From contig JAXFQY010000045.1 of assembly GCA_034178705.1 (NCBI GenBank), forward strand, positions 10,636-74,635: DNA of 64,000 nt, read 5' to 3'. This document shows positions 35,828-45,930 of the stretch, one piece after another. How positions within the stretch are numbered: position 1 is the first letter of the stretch; every line of letters begins with the position of its first letter. Position numbers and translations under genes: made by a program. The notes under the pieces were generated by a model. That model worked only from the letters and a program-made list of their open reading frames with translations, had not been told where the DNA came from and made no database searches. This stretch comes from Eubacteriales bacterium (GTDB lineage Bacteria > Bacillota > Clostridia > Oscillospirales > CAG-272).

Positions 35828-36331
35828 TCACTCTTTTGCCAGATTTATAACGGGAATCCCCTCTCGGCGGGCATAAGTCACGGTGTAAAAAGTACCGCCG
35901 TGAGGATGTGTCAAATAGGCGATACACACACAGGAAGCATCGACAAGCTGACGATTACGTGTCAGCATACAGTGCTCCGTATAAGCCTCGCTTGCATAAC
36001 TGACGGCATCAGCAGCGCGAAGGATTTCCTCATAAACGTGCCGATCAGAGATGCTCCAACGCTCAGACTGCGCAGGATACGGCAGAAACAGAAGCAAACG
36101 GATGCGCGAATCGGTACGGCGTGCCTCCAGCACACACTGTGCCGCCAGCGTGTCAAAGCCGAGTGCTCCGCCGCAGCAAAAGCAGAAAACACCGTCCGCC
36201 GTCAAACGCATAATGCTTTCTAAGATTCGTGCGCGCAGCCGGTCCCGTTCCGATGAGGGAATCACACGGTGTCCGGTAAAGCAGCAGGAAACCTCTCTCC
36301 CGCTCTTCCGTCCCGCGGCTTCCGCGCTCAC
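35828..36331 (-). CDS. DUF1273/YpsA-like SLOG family protein
   Basis: 'SCCFTGHR' near the N-terminus, then 'CCGGALGFDTLAA' and 'GGTFYTV'. The ORF extends to 36427, but GTG 36331 overlaps the pgeF stop (GTGA) and gives the typical ~170-aa length. Confidence 0.7.
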   Translation of the reverse strand: MSAEAAGRKSGREVSCCFTGHRVIPSSERDRLRARILESIMRLTADGVFCFCCGGALGFDTLAAQCVLEARRTDSRIRLLLFLPYPAQSERWSISDRHVYEEILRAADAVSYASEAYTEHCMLTRNRQLVDASCVCIAYLTHPHGGTFYTVTYARREGIPVINLAKE

Positions 36332-37131
36332 GGCAGCCCCACGACACTCATCATAGTGCCGCGCCTCCCGCCGCTTGCGCGGTGCGAATAAAACAAATCT
36401 CCCCGACAGTGTGTACACAGCGGACAAACATCAATATGCTCCGGAAGAATCTCTGCGGAAAGGAGAAGCAAACGATTTGCCTCCTTCAGATCGCAGAGAA
36501 ACCTTCCCTCCCCGTTTTCGCGAAACGCCGCTAACGGAACTGCTCCCAAGCGGCTTTCCGCCGCCCGGCGCACCTCTGCTCCAACCTCATAGCACGGCCC
36601 CGAGATGGCAGGACCGATAGCGGCGAGGATATTTTCCGGTCTGCTTCCGAGCTTGCAAAGAGCGGCAACAGCGGCAGGAACAATCCCCGCAAAAGTCCCC
36701 CGCCACCCGGCATGGAGCGCGGCGGCAGCCCGGCACACCGGATCATATAACAGAACCGGAACACAGTCTGCGGTTTTGACCGCGGCAAACACGCCGGATT
36801 CAGTGAGAAGATAACCGTCCGCTGTCTCCCTGCTCTCCCAGAGCACTCCCTCTCCCGCTCTGTCTGCCGTTACCGGAAGAATCCGGTCGGAATGCACCTG
36901 CGGAAGGGAAACAAGCTGCTCGGGTCGGAACCCGACAGCTTCACCGAATCGGCGGATATTTTCGAGGACTGTCCCGTCGTCATCTCCCCTGCCGCGGGAC
37001 AGATTGAGTGACGCGGTATGCTCCGCGGTACTCACCCCTCCGACACGGGTGGAAAAACCGTGCCGCACCTCGGAAAGCAGGGTGCTACGCAGAAAAACTA
37101 TGCCGTTTTCCGCAGTCTGTAACAGGAACAT
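36328..37131 (-). CDS. pgeF: Peptidoglycan editing factor PgeF / YfiH (DUF152, laccase-domain) family
   Basis: 'VRHGFSTRVGGVS', 'QVHSDRI', 'TADCVPVLL', 'HAGWRGT' and 'CTHC'. Confidence 0.88.
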   Translation of the reverse strand: MFLLQTAENGIVFLRSTLLSEVRHGFSTRVGGVSTAEHTASLNLSRGRGDDDGTVLENIRRFGEAVGFRPEQLVSLPQVHSDRILPVTADRAGEGVLWESRETADGYLLTESGVFAAVKTADCVPVLLYDPVCRAAAALHAGWRGTFAGIVPAAVAALCKLGSRPENILAAIGPAISGPCYEVGAEVRRAAESRLGAVPLAAFRENGEGRFLCDLKEANRLLLLSAEILPEHIDVCPLCTHCRGDLFYSHRASGGRRGTMMSVVGLP

Positions 37132-37141
37132 GTGTATTACC

Positions 37142-38059
37142 TCACAGTCTGATCTGCCTGACCGGCTTCAGGGCACTCCCTTCCGGAAAGGAACGCACCT
37201 CCGCAAAGGCAAAAAATCCGGTTCCGTCAAACAGAAGAACCCGCGTGTTCTCCGCAAGGTCCGTCCCGATCTTTTTCTGATAAATCTCGCTGCCGTTTTT
37301 TGCAAGCGCAGCAAAAAAATCCGTGAGAACCACGCGCGGCAATTCAGGGAAAGCATCTTCAATCGGAAGAAGCGCTGCAAAACGTTCCTGCTCCGTCATG
37401 CTTTCGAGCCGCTCCAGGGTAACGCAGCGGGGGTCGGCCAAAGAAAGAGAACCGACATCTGTCCGCCGCAAGCGGCTCATCACCGCGCCGCAGCCGAGCG
37501 CAGCACCGATATCCGCACAGAGCGTACGGATATAGGTTCCTTTCGAACAAAGAACCGTAAGCGCATATTCCTCTTCGGTGATCCGCTGAACAGACAGAGA
37601 ACGGATCCGGATTTCCCGTTTTTCACGTTCCACGGTAATTCCGCGCCGAGCCAGATCGACAAGCTTTTGTCCGTCCCGCTTCAGCGCGCTGTACATGGGC
37701 GGAACCTGACCGATGACACCGAGAAAGGTTTCCGCCGTTCTGTACACGGTTTCTTCGTCCGGTATCGGCGCTCCGGTCGGCACAATCGTCCCCCAGACAT
37801 CCTCTGTATCGCTTGTCAGTCCGAGCCGGAAATGTGCCTCATAGCGTTTTTCCCCGTCCGCGAAGAACTCCGCCGCCTTTGCCGCACGCCCGACCAGCAC
37901 GGTAAGCAGTCCGGTCGCCATCGGATCGAGGGTTCCGGCGTGCCCGACGCGCCGCAAACCGTAGAGGCGGCGGACACGTGCAATCACATCAAAGGAGGTA
38001 AAGCGCTCCGGCTTATCCAGCAGAAGTACGCCGCACGGCTCCGTGCTCTCGGGAATCAA
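37142..38059 (-). CDS. truB: tRNA pseudouridine(55) synthase
   Basis: 'GVLLLDKPERFTSFDV', 'GHAGTLDPMATGLL' and 'QVPPMYSALK'. Confidence 0.95.
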   Translation of the reverse strand: MIPESTEPCGVLLLDKPERFTSFDVIARVRRLYGLRRVGHAGTLDPMATGLLTVLVGRAAKAAEFFADGEKRYEAHFRLGLTSDTEDVWGTIVPTGAPIPDEETVYRTAETFLGVIGQVPPMYSALKRDGQKLVDLARRGITVEREKREIRIRSLSVQRITEEEYALTVLCSKGTYIRTLCADIGAALGCGAVMSRLRRTDVGSLSLADPRCVTLERLESMTEQERFAALLPIEDAFPELPRVVLTDFFAALAKNGSEIYQKKIGTDLAENTRVLLFDGTGFFAFAEVRSFPEGSALKPVRQIRL

Positions 38060-39855
38060 GCGTCATCCTCACTCTTGGTTACAGCAATCGACAGCTCCTC
38101 CAGTCCCTTCGGATCCGCAGGCCCCGGTGCACCGGACATCAGCTCGGATGCATTCTGCACCTTGGGGAAGGCAATGACATCGCGAATATCCTCCTGTCCG
38201 AGCAGAAGCGTAACCAGACGGTCAAGACCGAAGGCCAGTCCCGCATGCGGCGGCACGCCGTAACGGAAGGCTTCAAGGAGGTATCCGAATTTCTCCTGGG
38301 CGTCTTCTCGGGAAATCCCGAGGATATCAAACATATGCGCCTGCAGGGCATTGTCGTGAATTCTGACAGAGCCTCCTCCGAGCTCAGTGCCGTTCAGCAC
38401 AATGTCATACGCTTTTGCGCGGACTCTGCCGGGATCACTGTCAAGATACGGAAGGTCTTCATCCATCGGAGCCGTAAAGGGATGGTGCATCGCCGTAAAG
38501 CGTCCCTCTTCCTCGCTCCACTCCAGCAGCGGGAACTCGGTAACCCACAAAAAGCGGAAATCGGTCGGATCGAGAAGACCGAGCTTTTTGGCACACTGAC
38601 GGCGCAGCGCGCCGAGGGAATCAAAGACAACCTGATTTTTGGCATCGGCAATGATCAGCAGGAGGTCACCCGGCTCCTCCCCGAGCGCGGCGGCAATCGC
38701 CGCGTTTTCCTCTTCCGTCAGGAATTTTGCGTAAGATGAGGAAATCTCCCCTGCTTCGGTATGCTTTCTCCAGGCAAGTCCCTTTGCCTTATAGGACTTG
38801 ACGAACTCACCGAGCGCATCGATTTCCTTGCGCGGGAAGGCAGCTCCGCCCTTAACACAGATACCGCGAACCGAGCCGCCTGCTTCCAGGGCGCCGCGGA
38901 ACACCTTGAATTCGGTACCGGAAAGAACGGAAGAAAGGTCATGCAGCTCAAAACCGAAGCGGATATCCGGTTTATCGGAGCCGTATCGCTCCATCGCCTC
39001 TTTCCAGGGCATGCGCGGGAAAGCATAATCCAGTTCCTTATGGAAAAATTCCCGGAAGAGATATTTGAGGAACCCCTCATGAACCTCCATCACATCGTTT
39101 GCCGTAGCAAAGGACATTTCGGTATCCAGCTGGGTAAACTCCGGCTGGCGGTCTGCACGCAGATCTTCGTCCCGGAAGCAGCGCGCAATCTGAAAATAGC
39201 GGTCAAAGCCCGCAACCATCAGCAGCTGTTTATAGAGCTGCGGTGACTGCGGAAGCGCATAGAATTTTCCCGGATGAACACGGGAAGGGACAAGATAGTC
39301 GCGCGCCCCCTCCGGCGACGGCTTGATCAGGCACGGTGTCTCAATATCAAGAAAACCGTTTTTCATATAATATTCGCGCGCAACACGGGTAATTTCACTG
39401 CGGGCGATGATATTGCGCTGCAGATCCGGGCGGCGCAGATCAAGATAACGGTAACGAAGACGGAGCTCGGGACGAACCTGGCTGTTCTCCGTAATCTCAA
39501 AGGGCGGAATCTCCGCGCGGGACAAAACGCGCAGTTCACACACAGCCACCTCAATTCTGCCGGTCGGAAGCTTGGGGTTGACCGCCCCCTCTCCGCGGGA
39601 ACGAACGGTTCCGCGGGCAAGAAGCACCGTTTCGGCACGGACACCGAATGCGGTGTCAAAGCTCTCCCGATCGGTGTTTTCGTCAACCGACAGCTGAATA
39701 ATTCCGCTGCGGTCACGAAGGTCAATAAAGATCAGTTTGCCGAGGTCACGCTGTCTCTGCACCCATCCCATCAGGGTAACTTCCCTGCCGATATCCTGCT
39801 CGGTCAGCTCCGCGCAAAGACAGGTTCGTTTATCTTTCTCAGTCAGATTAGCCAT
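38056..39855 (-). CDS. aspS: Aspartate--tRNA ligase
   Basis: OB-fold N-terminus ('VTLMGWVQRQRDLGKLIFIDLRD') and class II motifs 'FRDEDLRADRQPEFTQLD' and 'GLAFGLDRL'. 4-nt overlap with truB. Confidence 0.95.
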   Translation of the reverse strand: MANLTEKDKRTCLCAELTEQDIGREVTLMGWVQRQRDLGKLIFIDLRDRSGIIQLSVDENTDRESFDTAFGVRAETVLLARGTVRSRGEGAVNPKLPTGRIEVAVCELRVLSRAEIPPFEITENSQVRPELRLRYRYLDLRRPDLQRNIIARSEITRVAREYYMKNGFLDIETPCLIKPSPEGARDYLVPSRVHPGKFYALPQSPQLYKQLLMVAGFDRYFQIARCFRDEDLRADRQPEFTQLDTEMSFATANDVMEVHEGFLKYLFREFFHKELDYAFPRMPWKEAMERYGSDKPDIRFGFELHDLSSVLSGTEFKVFRGALEAGGSVRGICVKGGAAFPRKEIDALGEFVKSYKAKGLAWRKHTEAGEISSSYAKFLTEEENAAIAAALGEEPGDLLLIIADAKNQVVFDSLGALRRQCAKKLGLLDPTDFRFLWVTEFPLLEWSEEEGRFTAMHHPFTAPMDEDLPYLDSDPGRVRAKAYDIVLNGTELGGGSVRIHDNALQAHMFDILGISREDAQEKFGYLLEAFRYGVPPHAGLAFGLDRLVTLLLGQEDIRDVIAFPKVQNASELMSGAPGPADPKGLEELSIAVTKSEDDA

Positions 39856-39899
39856 GTTTCTATCCTTTCTTCGGGCAAGGGCCCTTGTCTGTTCTTTTC

Positions 39900-41396
39900 T
39901 TATTCGTTTGCTGTCGTATTCTCTGCCGTGACTTCTTCTGTGGGTTTTGAAGCATAATTCAGCTGCTCCTGACGGATAGCATCCAGAACGAGGTTAGCGA
40001 GCTCTGCCTGCATGGCTTGCACCGAAGCATCAATGGAAAACTGCATCAGCACGCTCCGCCGGGACAGAAGCTCGGAAAAATTCTCTTCCTCCTCAACCAG
40101 GTCGGAAAGAGTCGCACGGAGCACCTCTCCGAAGCCGAAGGAGGACAGCACGGAAATTCTTCTGTTCCGGGTAATCAGGCGCATTGCGGCAAGACTGTTC
40201 TCGTCAGAACCGCAGACATCCCTGCCGTTTTCCCCCGCAAAGAGCTTTGCCGTTCGGTCGGTGAGATAATAGGCAATCAGCGCGCTGCGCTCCGGTTCGT
40301 CGCAGAAAGAGGTTACGGCAAATCCCGTGGCCTTTTCCGGGCTGACATAGGAAAGATAAGTCCCGCTCTCAGACGCCTTCGGCAGCGGAAGCAGTCCCGT
40401 CTTCTCCGGATCGGAGGCGGCATAGCCGGCAAGGCTTGTGAGAGAAAAAACAGTCTTCTCCGTCCCCGCCGTATCGGTATCGGAAAGATCGCCGTATATC
40501 GTCTTTTTCAACAAGGCAAGCGCGTGTCTGCCGTCAGCACTCCCGAGTGTCACGGTAAATCCGTCTTCCTTCCCAGCAGCATCGGTCCCGCCCGCGGCAA
40601 GCCACCAGGAGACCGCCTCGCCGGTTCCGGAAGGCAGCGCCTGCACGCCTTCCGATGTATCCAGCTGCCGGGCAAGAACGGCAAGCGCATCCAAGGTCCA
40701 CTTACCGTCGGTTACCAGGCCGTAAAGCTCCGTGACGTCAACCGGCGCACCTTTTTCAAAGGTCATAACCGTGAGGGAGTCGTCCATTCCGAGCGTCCCC
40801 TTGCCGAAAAGCAGAAAACGCTCCCCGCAGACGGCAAGGGAATCGGTCAGAACGCGATCGAAAATATCCTTATCCAGATTCAGTGTCGGAAAGAGGGTAA
40901 GATCCGCAAGGCGCCCCACAGACATCAGTCCGACTCCCTCCGGGGCAACGGTCAGCACCAATAGATCTGCGGTATCGCTCTCGCCGGCGGCATACGCTGT
41001 ATTGACGTAGCTTTCCGGAGAGGAAAGCCGCACGGCACGCAGCTGTACATTCAGCTCCTTTGCGAGAGCCTGACCCTCCTGCGCATCCACCCGGCTGAGA
41101 ACGGTCGGCGCCGTATCCTCTTTCCGGAAGGAGGTATTCCGCTCCTGCTCGCTGACAAGAATCTTAAAAGTCGCACCTCCGAGATCGACAGAGCCGACTC
41201 CGTTGTTGTCTCCGTCAATAATAATCTGCGACATTTCCGGCGGTTTCAGATCCCCGTTTGTGTCATCGTCCAGGGTTTGCTTCATATTCCGTCTGCCTGC
41301 GGCAAAAGCCGTGGCAGCGGTGATACACAGCAGCAGAATCAGTGCGAGAACCCTCAGCCACCCCCTGCCGTGCGTCAGATAATATTTCTTTTCCAT
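39900..41396 (-). CDS. Secreted/anchored hypothetical protein (498 aa)
   Basis: Hydrophobic N-terminus (LRVLALILLLCITAATAFAA). The body is vaguely reminiscent of extracellular solute-binding folds, but no motif is confidently recognised. It sits between alr and aspS. Confidence 0.55.
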   Translation of the reverse strand: MEKKYYLTHGRGWLRVLALILLLCITAATAFAAGRRNMKQTLDDDTNGDLKPPEMSQIIIDGDNNGVGSVDLGGATFKILVSEQERNTSFRKEDTAPTVLSRVDAQEGQALAKELNVQLRAVRLSSPESYVNTAYAAGESDTADLLVLTVAPEGVGLMSVGRLADLTLFPTLNLDKDIFDRVLTDSLAVCGERFLLFGKGTLGMDDSLTVMTFEKGAPVDVTELYGLVTDGKWTLDALAVLARQLDTSEGVQALPSGTGEAVSWWLAAGGTDAAGKEDGFTVTLGSADGRHALALLKKTIYGDLSDTDTAGTEKTVFSLTSLAGYAASDPEKTGLLPLPKASESGTYLSYVSPEKATGFAVTSFCDEPERSALIAYYLTDRTAKLFAGENGRDVCGSDENSLAAMRLITRNRRISVLSSFGFGEVLRATLSDLVEEEENFSELLSRRSVLMQFSIDASVQAMQAELANLVLDAIRQEQLNYASKPTEEVTAENTTANE

Positions 41397-41401
41397 TTCC
41401 G

Positions 41402-42589
41402 TTATCCGTTGTTTTTATTGCTGAGTTCCTTTTCTCTCCGGTTGATGACACGGTGCACCCGTTTTCCGACGAGGCAGAGCAGCTCGTAGCTGATCGTCTG
41501 CGCAGTTTCTGCAAGCGCTTCGATATTTTGCCCGGAGGGATCAAATATGTAAGCCGTGTCCCCGACGTGTACATCGGCGTCCCCGATATCAACCATGCAT
41601 TGGTCCATGCAGACCCTGCCGAGGATCGGTGCCCTTCTGCCTTTGATCAGAACCGCTCCTCCCGCGGAAAAAGCCCGCAGAAAACCGTCTGCATACCCAA
41701 CACCAAGGGTTGCTATTCTCCTGTCCCGGTCTGCGGTAAAACAACTGCCGTAGCTTACGCTCTCTCCGGCTCTCAGGGTATGAATATGGGTGACGGTCGT
41801 CTGGAAGGTCATCACCGGAGAAAGCCGCACAGGAAGCGGAAAATCCCGAGCCGGGGAAAGCCCGTAAAGAATAATGCCGGCGCGTACCATATCATGACGC
41901 ATATCCGGGAAGCGGAGAGCCGCTGCACTGTTGCAGCAGTGAACGCAAAGTGCGTCCGCGTCAGATCCGAGAGCATCCAGTACGGCAAGAAACCGATTAT
42001 GCTGTGTGATCACAGATGCCGCGTCCGTGGCATCTGCGTTTGCAAAATGGGTGAAAATCCCCTCCGGCTTCAGTCCCGGCAGGCGCATGGCCGAACGCAC
42101 GGCAGCAGCGCTTGCGACGGGATCCTCCGAAGGGAAACCGATCCGGTTCATCCCGGTGTCGATTTTCAGATGAATCCGTACAGTTCCGCCCGCCCGGCAT
42201 GCCGCGCAGGAGAGCATCGCGGCATATTCCGAGGAATAAACAGTCTGAAGATACCCATCCGCCGCAAGCTCCTCCGCGTTCTCCGGCGGCGTGTAGCCCA
42301 ATATAAGAATGTCACTTCCCGCCGGTGCGCAGGCACGGACGGCACGCGCTTCCTCAATACAGGAAACGCCGAAGGAATGCACCCCCAAAGAGGCAAGCAA
42401 AGGAACACAATTCTCCACCCCGTGACCGTAGGCATCCGCCTTGACAATGCAGAGAAGCTTTACCTCCGGCGTGCCGCGCCGGACTGCATCCGCAATGACA
42501 CGGTAGTTATGCTCCAAAGCATCGAGATTGATCTCCGCATAGGTTTTATAAGTTTCCTGTGTCTGGTGTGTATTTTTCATATTATGCAC
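41402..42589 (-). CDS. alr: Alanine racemase
   Basis: 'VKADAYGHG' (PLP lysine), 'HLKIDTGMNRIG', 'SYG' and 'GRVCMDQ'. Confidence 0.95.
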   Translation of the reverse strand: MHNMKNTHQTQETYKTYAEINLDALEHNYRVIADAVRRGTPEVKLLCIVKADAYGHGVENCVPLLASLGVHSFGVSCIEEARAVRACAPAGSDILILGYTPPENAEELAADGYLQTVYSSEYAAMLSCAACRAGGTVRIHLKIDTGMNRIGFPSEDPVASAAAVRSAMRLPGLKPEGIFTHFANADATDAASVITQHNRFLAVLDALGSDADALCVHCCNSAAALRFPDMRHDMVRAGIILYGLSPARDFPLPVRLSPVMTFQTTVTHIHTLRAGESVSYGSCFTADRDRRIATLGVGYADGFLRAFSAGGAVLIKGRRAPILGRVCMDQCMVDIGDADVHVGDTAYIFDPSGQNIEALAETAQTISYELLCLVGKRVHRVINRREKELSNKNNG

Positions 42590-42599
42590 CGTGTTTCCG

Positions 42600-43172
42600 T
42601 CAGCGCCGAAGAGCGGACGGACAGTAGAATCTTGCTGCTTTCATAAACTTTTCCCCGCCGTCGAAGAGCAGCAGGGTCAATCTGCCGCGCTTGTCGGAAA
42701 AAAGCATAGCCGACGCCTCCGGTGAATCCGCCACGGAGCGCGTGTCAATCGTTACGGCAGGACGCGCTGTCTCCATGCGGCGAAGGACATCGTCATCAAG
42801 CGGGGCGACACTGTCAACATTCCGGAGATCAACCTGCGCACGCACACGGCGGCGCCTCCTGCCGAAAATCGCCGCAACGGTAAAAACTCCGTCGCTGATC
42901 TCATAATCATACTCAAGGATAAAATAGGGGACCGTAAACAGGATCACGGCGGAAAGGAGCATTGCTGCAAGCAGCCACGCGGCAGGAACCGCACCCCCGA
43001 GCCAAAGAGAAAGCGCCGCGGCTCCCGCAGCACCGATACCGCCGAAAAGCAACCAGAGCAGAACAATCCCAATGCAACGGCGCAGCTGTCTGCCGCGTGT
43101 TGCCGCCCTGCGGCTGTATCCGATCATATCCACTCTGCGATCCATTCCGCTCCCGTTTGTATACCTTTCCAC
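42600..43172 (-). CDS. Small membrane protein, unknown function
   Basis: Two TM helices (IGIVLLWLLFGGIGAAGAAAL; AAWLLAAMLLSAVILFTVPYF) and a soluble tail. The start is ambiguous because of several in-frame Met codons. Confidence 0.55.
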   Translation of the reverse strand: MERYTNGSGMDRRVDMIGYSRRAATRGRQLRRCIGIVLLWLLFGGIGAAGAAALSLWLGGAVPAAWLLAAMLLSAVILFTVPYFILEYDYEISDGVFTVAAIFGRRRRRVRAQVDLRNVDSVAPLDDDVLRRMETARPAVTIDTRSVADSPEASAMLFSDKRGRLTLLLFDGGEKFMKAARFYCPSALRR

Positions 43173-43246
43173 AGTACTGTTTTATTCTGTAATTGTACCA
43201 TAGTCTTTCCGCCTTTTCAATCCTTTTCGCTTATTTTCTTTTTTGG

Positions 43247-43276
43247 TTGACATCTCCTGACCTTCTGTGATAAGAT
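43247..43276 (+). promoter_or_regulatory. Sigma-70-type promoter (extended -10) for proS
   Basis: TTGACA (43247-43252), an 18-nt spacer, then TGaTAAGAT (43268-43276). It lies ~45 nt upstream of ATG 43322. Confidence 0.65.
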
Positions 43277-43321
43277 AGATGCATCATTACAGTATATTGA
43301 TTGATATAAAAGGGGTTACCT

Positions 43322-44764
43322 ATGGCTGACAACAAAAAAATGGTGGAGCAGATTACCTCAATGGATGAGGATTTCGCAAAATGGTACACCGATATCGTTA
43401 AAAAGGCAGAGCTTGCCGAGTACACCAGCGTAAAGGGCTGCATGGTTATCCGTCCGTACGGCTATGCGATCTGGGAGAATATTCAGAAAATTCTTGATGC
43501 CCGCTTCAAGGAGCTGGGACACGAAAATGTCTGCATGCCGATGTTCATTCCGGAAGGACTGCTGAACAAGGAAAAGGAGCATGTCGAAGGATTCGCTCCC
43601 GAGGTGGCCTGGGTCACCCACGGAGGCAGCGAAAAACTGGAGGAACGGCTCTGCGTCCGTCCGACCTCCGAAACCCTTTTCTGTGAGCATTATGCCAATA
43701 TTGTTCACTCCTACCGTGATCTTCCGAAGCTTTACAACCAATGGGTCAGCGTTGTCCGCTGGGAAAAAACGACCCGCCCCTTCCTGCGCACGCGCGAATT
43801 CCTCTGGCAGGAGGGGCACACGGTTCATGAGACCGCAGAGGAGGCAATCGCGGAAACCGAGCAGATGCTCAATGTGTACGCCGACTTCTGCGAGAAAGCG
43901 CTGGCCATCCCGGTTGTCAAGGGCAAGAAAACCGAGAGCGATAAATTTGCCGGAGCCGTCTCAACCTACGCAATCGAGGCAATGATGCATGACGGCAAGG
44001 CGCTTCAGGCAGCGACTTCCCATTATTTCGGAGACGGTTTTGCCCGTGCCTTCGGCATTGAGTTTACCGACCGCGAAAACAAAAAGCGCGTTCCCCACCA
44101 GACCTCATGGGGCTGCACTACCCGTCTGATCGGCGCGATTATTATGACGCACGGCGACAACAACGGTCTGGTTCTTCCTCCGGCAGTTGCGCCGGTTCAG
44201 GCAATTGTCATCCCGGTCGCACAGCATAAGCCCGGCGTTCTCGAGGCGGCGGAGCAGCTCCGTGCCGCTCTTGCCGCCGCCGGAATCCGCGCAAAGCTCG
44301 ACGCCAGCGAAAACAGCGCCGGCTGGAAGTTTGCCGAATATGAGATGAAGGGCGTTCCCGTCCGGATCGAGATCGGTCCGCGCGATATCGAAAACGGCTG
44401 TTGTGTCGCCGTTACCCGCCACAACGGGGAGAAAACCGTTCTCCCGCTTGCCAATATAGGGGATGCCGTCAAGGAAAAACTCACCGAGGTACGCGACGCC
44501 CTGTATGAAAAGGCTTTGCAAAACCGCGAAAGCCGTACCTACGACTGCTGCAGTCTGGAGGATATCCGCTCTGCTCTTGCCGAGCACGGAGACAGCTTTA
44601 TCCGTGCAATGTGGTGCGGTTCTCCGGAGTGCGAAAAGAAGGTCAAGGAGCTGACAGGGGTAGGTTCCCGCTGCATCCCGATGAACGCAGAGCCGAACGG
44701 AGAGACCTGTGTCTGCTGCGGCAAAAAAGCCGATACCCTCGTCCTCTGGGCCAACGCCTATTAA
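43322..44764 (+). CDS. proS: Proline--tRNA ligase (archaeal/eukaryote-like type)
   Basis: '[14 protein letters not shown]', 'RPTSETLF' and '[13 protein letters not shown]', with the characteristic C-terminal Tyr. Confidence 0.95.
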   Translation: MADNKKMVEQITSMDEDFAKWYTDIVKKAELAEYTSVKGCMVIRPYGYAIWENIQKILDARFKELGHENVCMPMFIPEGLLNKEKEHVEGFAPEVAWVTHGGSEKLEERLCVRPTSETLFCEHYANIVHSYRDLPKLYNQWVSVVRWEKTTRPFLRTREFLWQEGHTVHETAEEAIAETEQMLNVYADFCEKALAIPVVKGKKTESDKFAGAVSTYAIEAMMHDGKALQAATSHYFGDGFARAFGIEFTDRENKKRVPHQTSWGCTTRLIGAIIMTHGDNNGLVLPPAVAPVQAIVIPVAQHKPGVLEAAEQLRAALAAAGIRAKLDASENSAGWKFAEYEMKGVPVRIEIGPRDIENGCCVAVTRHNGEKTVLPLANIGDAVKEKLTEVRDALYEKALQNRESRTYDCCSLEDIRSALAEHGDSFIRAMWCGSPECEKKVKELTGVGSRCIPMNAEPNGETCVCCGKKADTLVLWANAY

Positions 44765-44788
44765 TCCCGCAAAATAACAGGAAGCGTA

Positions 44789-45910
44789 ATGAAACCGTTT
44801 GTCGCAACCATTCGCTCACGTTTGCGCGGGCTTGACTGGATTGTTCTCGGTTCGGTGCTCGCGCTTTCCGCTATCGGGCTTCTTACCCATTACGGAGCGC
44901 GCAGCGTCTATGGAACCTCGCGTTTTCTTATTCAGGCGTGCACGACGCTTTTCGGCATTGTCTGCATGCTCGTTATTTCCCTTTTTGATTATCAGGACAT
45001 CTGCGACAAGCTTTCCGTTCCCCTTTTTCTCTGTGGCGTCGGAGCATTGGTTCTCACCCTGCTGCTCGGCAGTGCCGGAGATTACGGAGGAAAAAGCTGG
45101 ATCCCCATCGGCCCCCTGACAATCCAACCTTCGGAATTTGTCAAGCCGATTCTGATCATGACGCTGGCAAAGCACATTGAGGTGCTGCGCCCGAAAATCA
45201 ACCATCCCTTGTCGGTACTCCGGCTGGCGGTTCATGCGGGTACGCTTTTCGCATTGGTAGTTCTGCAGGAGGACCTCGGCACGGCGCTGGTCTATCTTGC
45301 CATCTCCATCGCGATGATTTTCTCTGCCGGCCTGAGTCTTTGGTATTTTCTGATCGGGGGCGGGATCTGTGCTGTTGCCTTTCCCTATATCTGGCCGCGG
45401 CTCGGTGAATATCAGCAGAAAAGAATTCTTGTCGGCTTCAACCCGGAGCTGGATCCTACCGGCAAAGGACTGCAGCCTCTGATGAGCCGGAAAGCCATTT
45501 CCGCCGGCGGTTTTTTCGGACAGGGACTTGAGGGCGGCTCCCTCTTTGAAAAGGTTCCGATGGCAAACAACGATTTTGTCCTTTCGATCATTGGGGAAAA
45601 GTTCGGCTTTCTCGGCTGTATGATCGTCCTTCTGCTTTTCACCGTACTGATTATCCGCATTCTTGTCATCGCAATGCGCGCACGCAAGGACTGTGCTGCC
45701 TACATTGCCGTCGGTATTGCCGCGCTCTTCTTTGTACAGGTCACGGAAAACATGGGCATGGCGCTCGCCATGCTTCCGGTTATCGGTATCACGTTGCCCT
45801 TTCTCAGCTCGGGAAGCTCCTCCGTCCTTTCTCTTTATCTGACGATCGGCGTGCTGCAGAGCATCTGTACGCACGCGAAAAAATACCACTTTGAACGGGA
45901 AGCGGCATAG
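44789..45910 (+). CDS. SEDS-family peptidoglycan glycosyltransferase (FtsW/RodA/SpoVE)
   Basis: A ~10-TM protein with 'IQPSEFVKP', 'QEDLGTALV' and 'GITLPFLSSGSSS'. Which paralogue it is (FtsW, RodA or SpoVE) cannot be decided. Confidence 0.9.
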   Translation: MKPFVATIRSRLRGLDWIVLGSVLALSAIGLLTHYGARSVYGTSRFLIQACTTLFGIVCMLVISLFDYQDICDKLSVPLFLCGVGALVLTLLLGSAGDYGGKSWIPIGPLTIQPSEFVKPILIMTLAKHIEVLRPKINHPLSVLRLAVHAGTLFALVVLQEDLGTALVYLAISIAMIFSAGLSLWYFLIGGGICAVAFPYIWPRLGEYQQKRILVGFNPELDPTGKGLQPLMSRKAISAGGFFGQGLEGGSLFEKVPMANNDFVLSIIGEKFGFLGCMIVLLLFTVLIIRILVIAMRARKDCAAYIAVGIAALFFVQVTENMGMALAMLPVIGITLPFLSSGSSSVLSLYLTIGVLQSICTHAKKYHFEREAA

Positions 45911-45930
45911 TGCTCCCCGGGAAGGCAGCT

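Noticed and set aside
43173-43321. T-box leaders upstream of the aminoacyl-tRNA synthetase genes (proS 43322, trpS 30525, aspS 39855).
   Set aside because: The upstream spaces are too short: ~70 nt of transcribed leader for proS, and 17 nt and 44 nt of intergenic space for trpS and aspS. A ~200-nt T-box would not fit, and no TGGNACC T-box sequence or terminator/antiterminator pair is visible.
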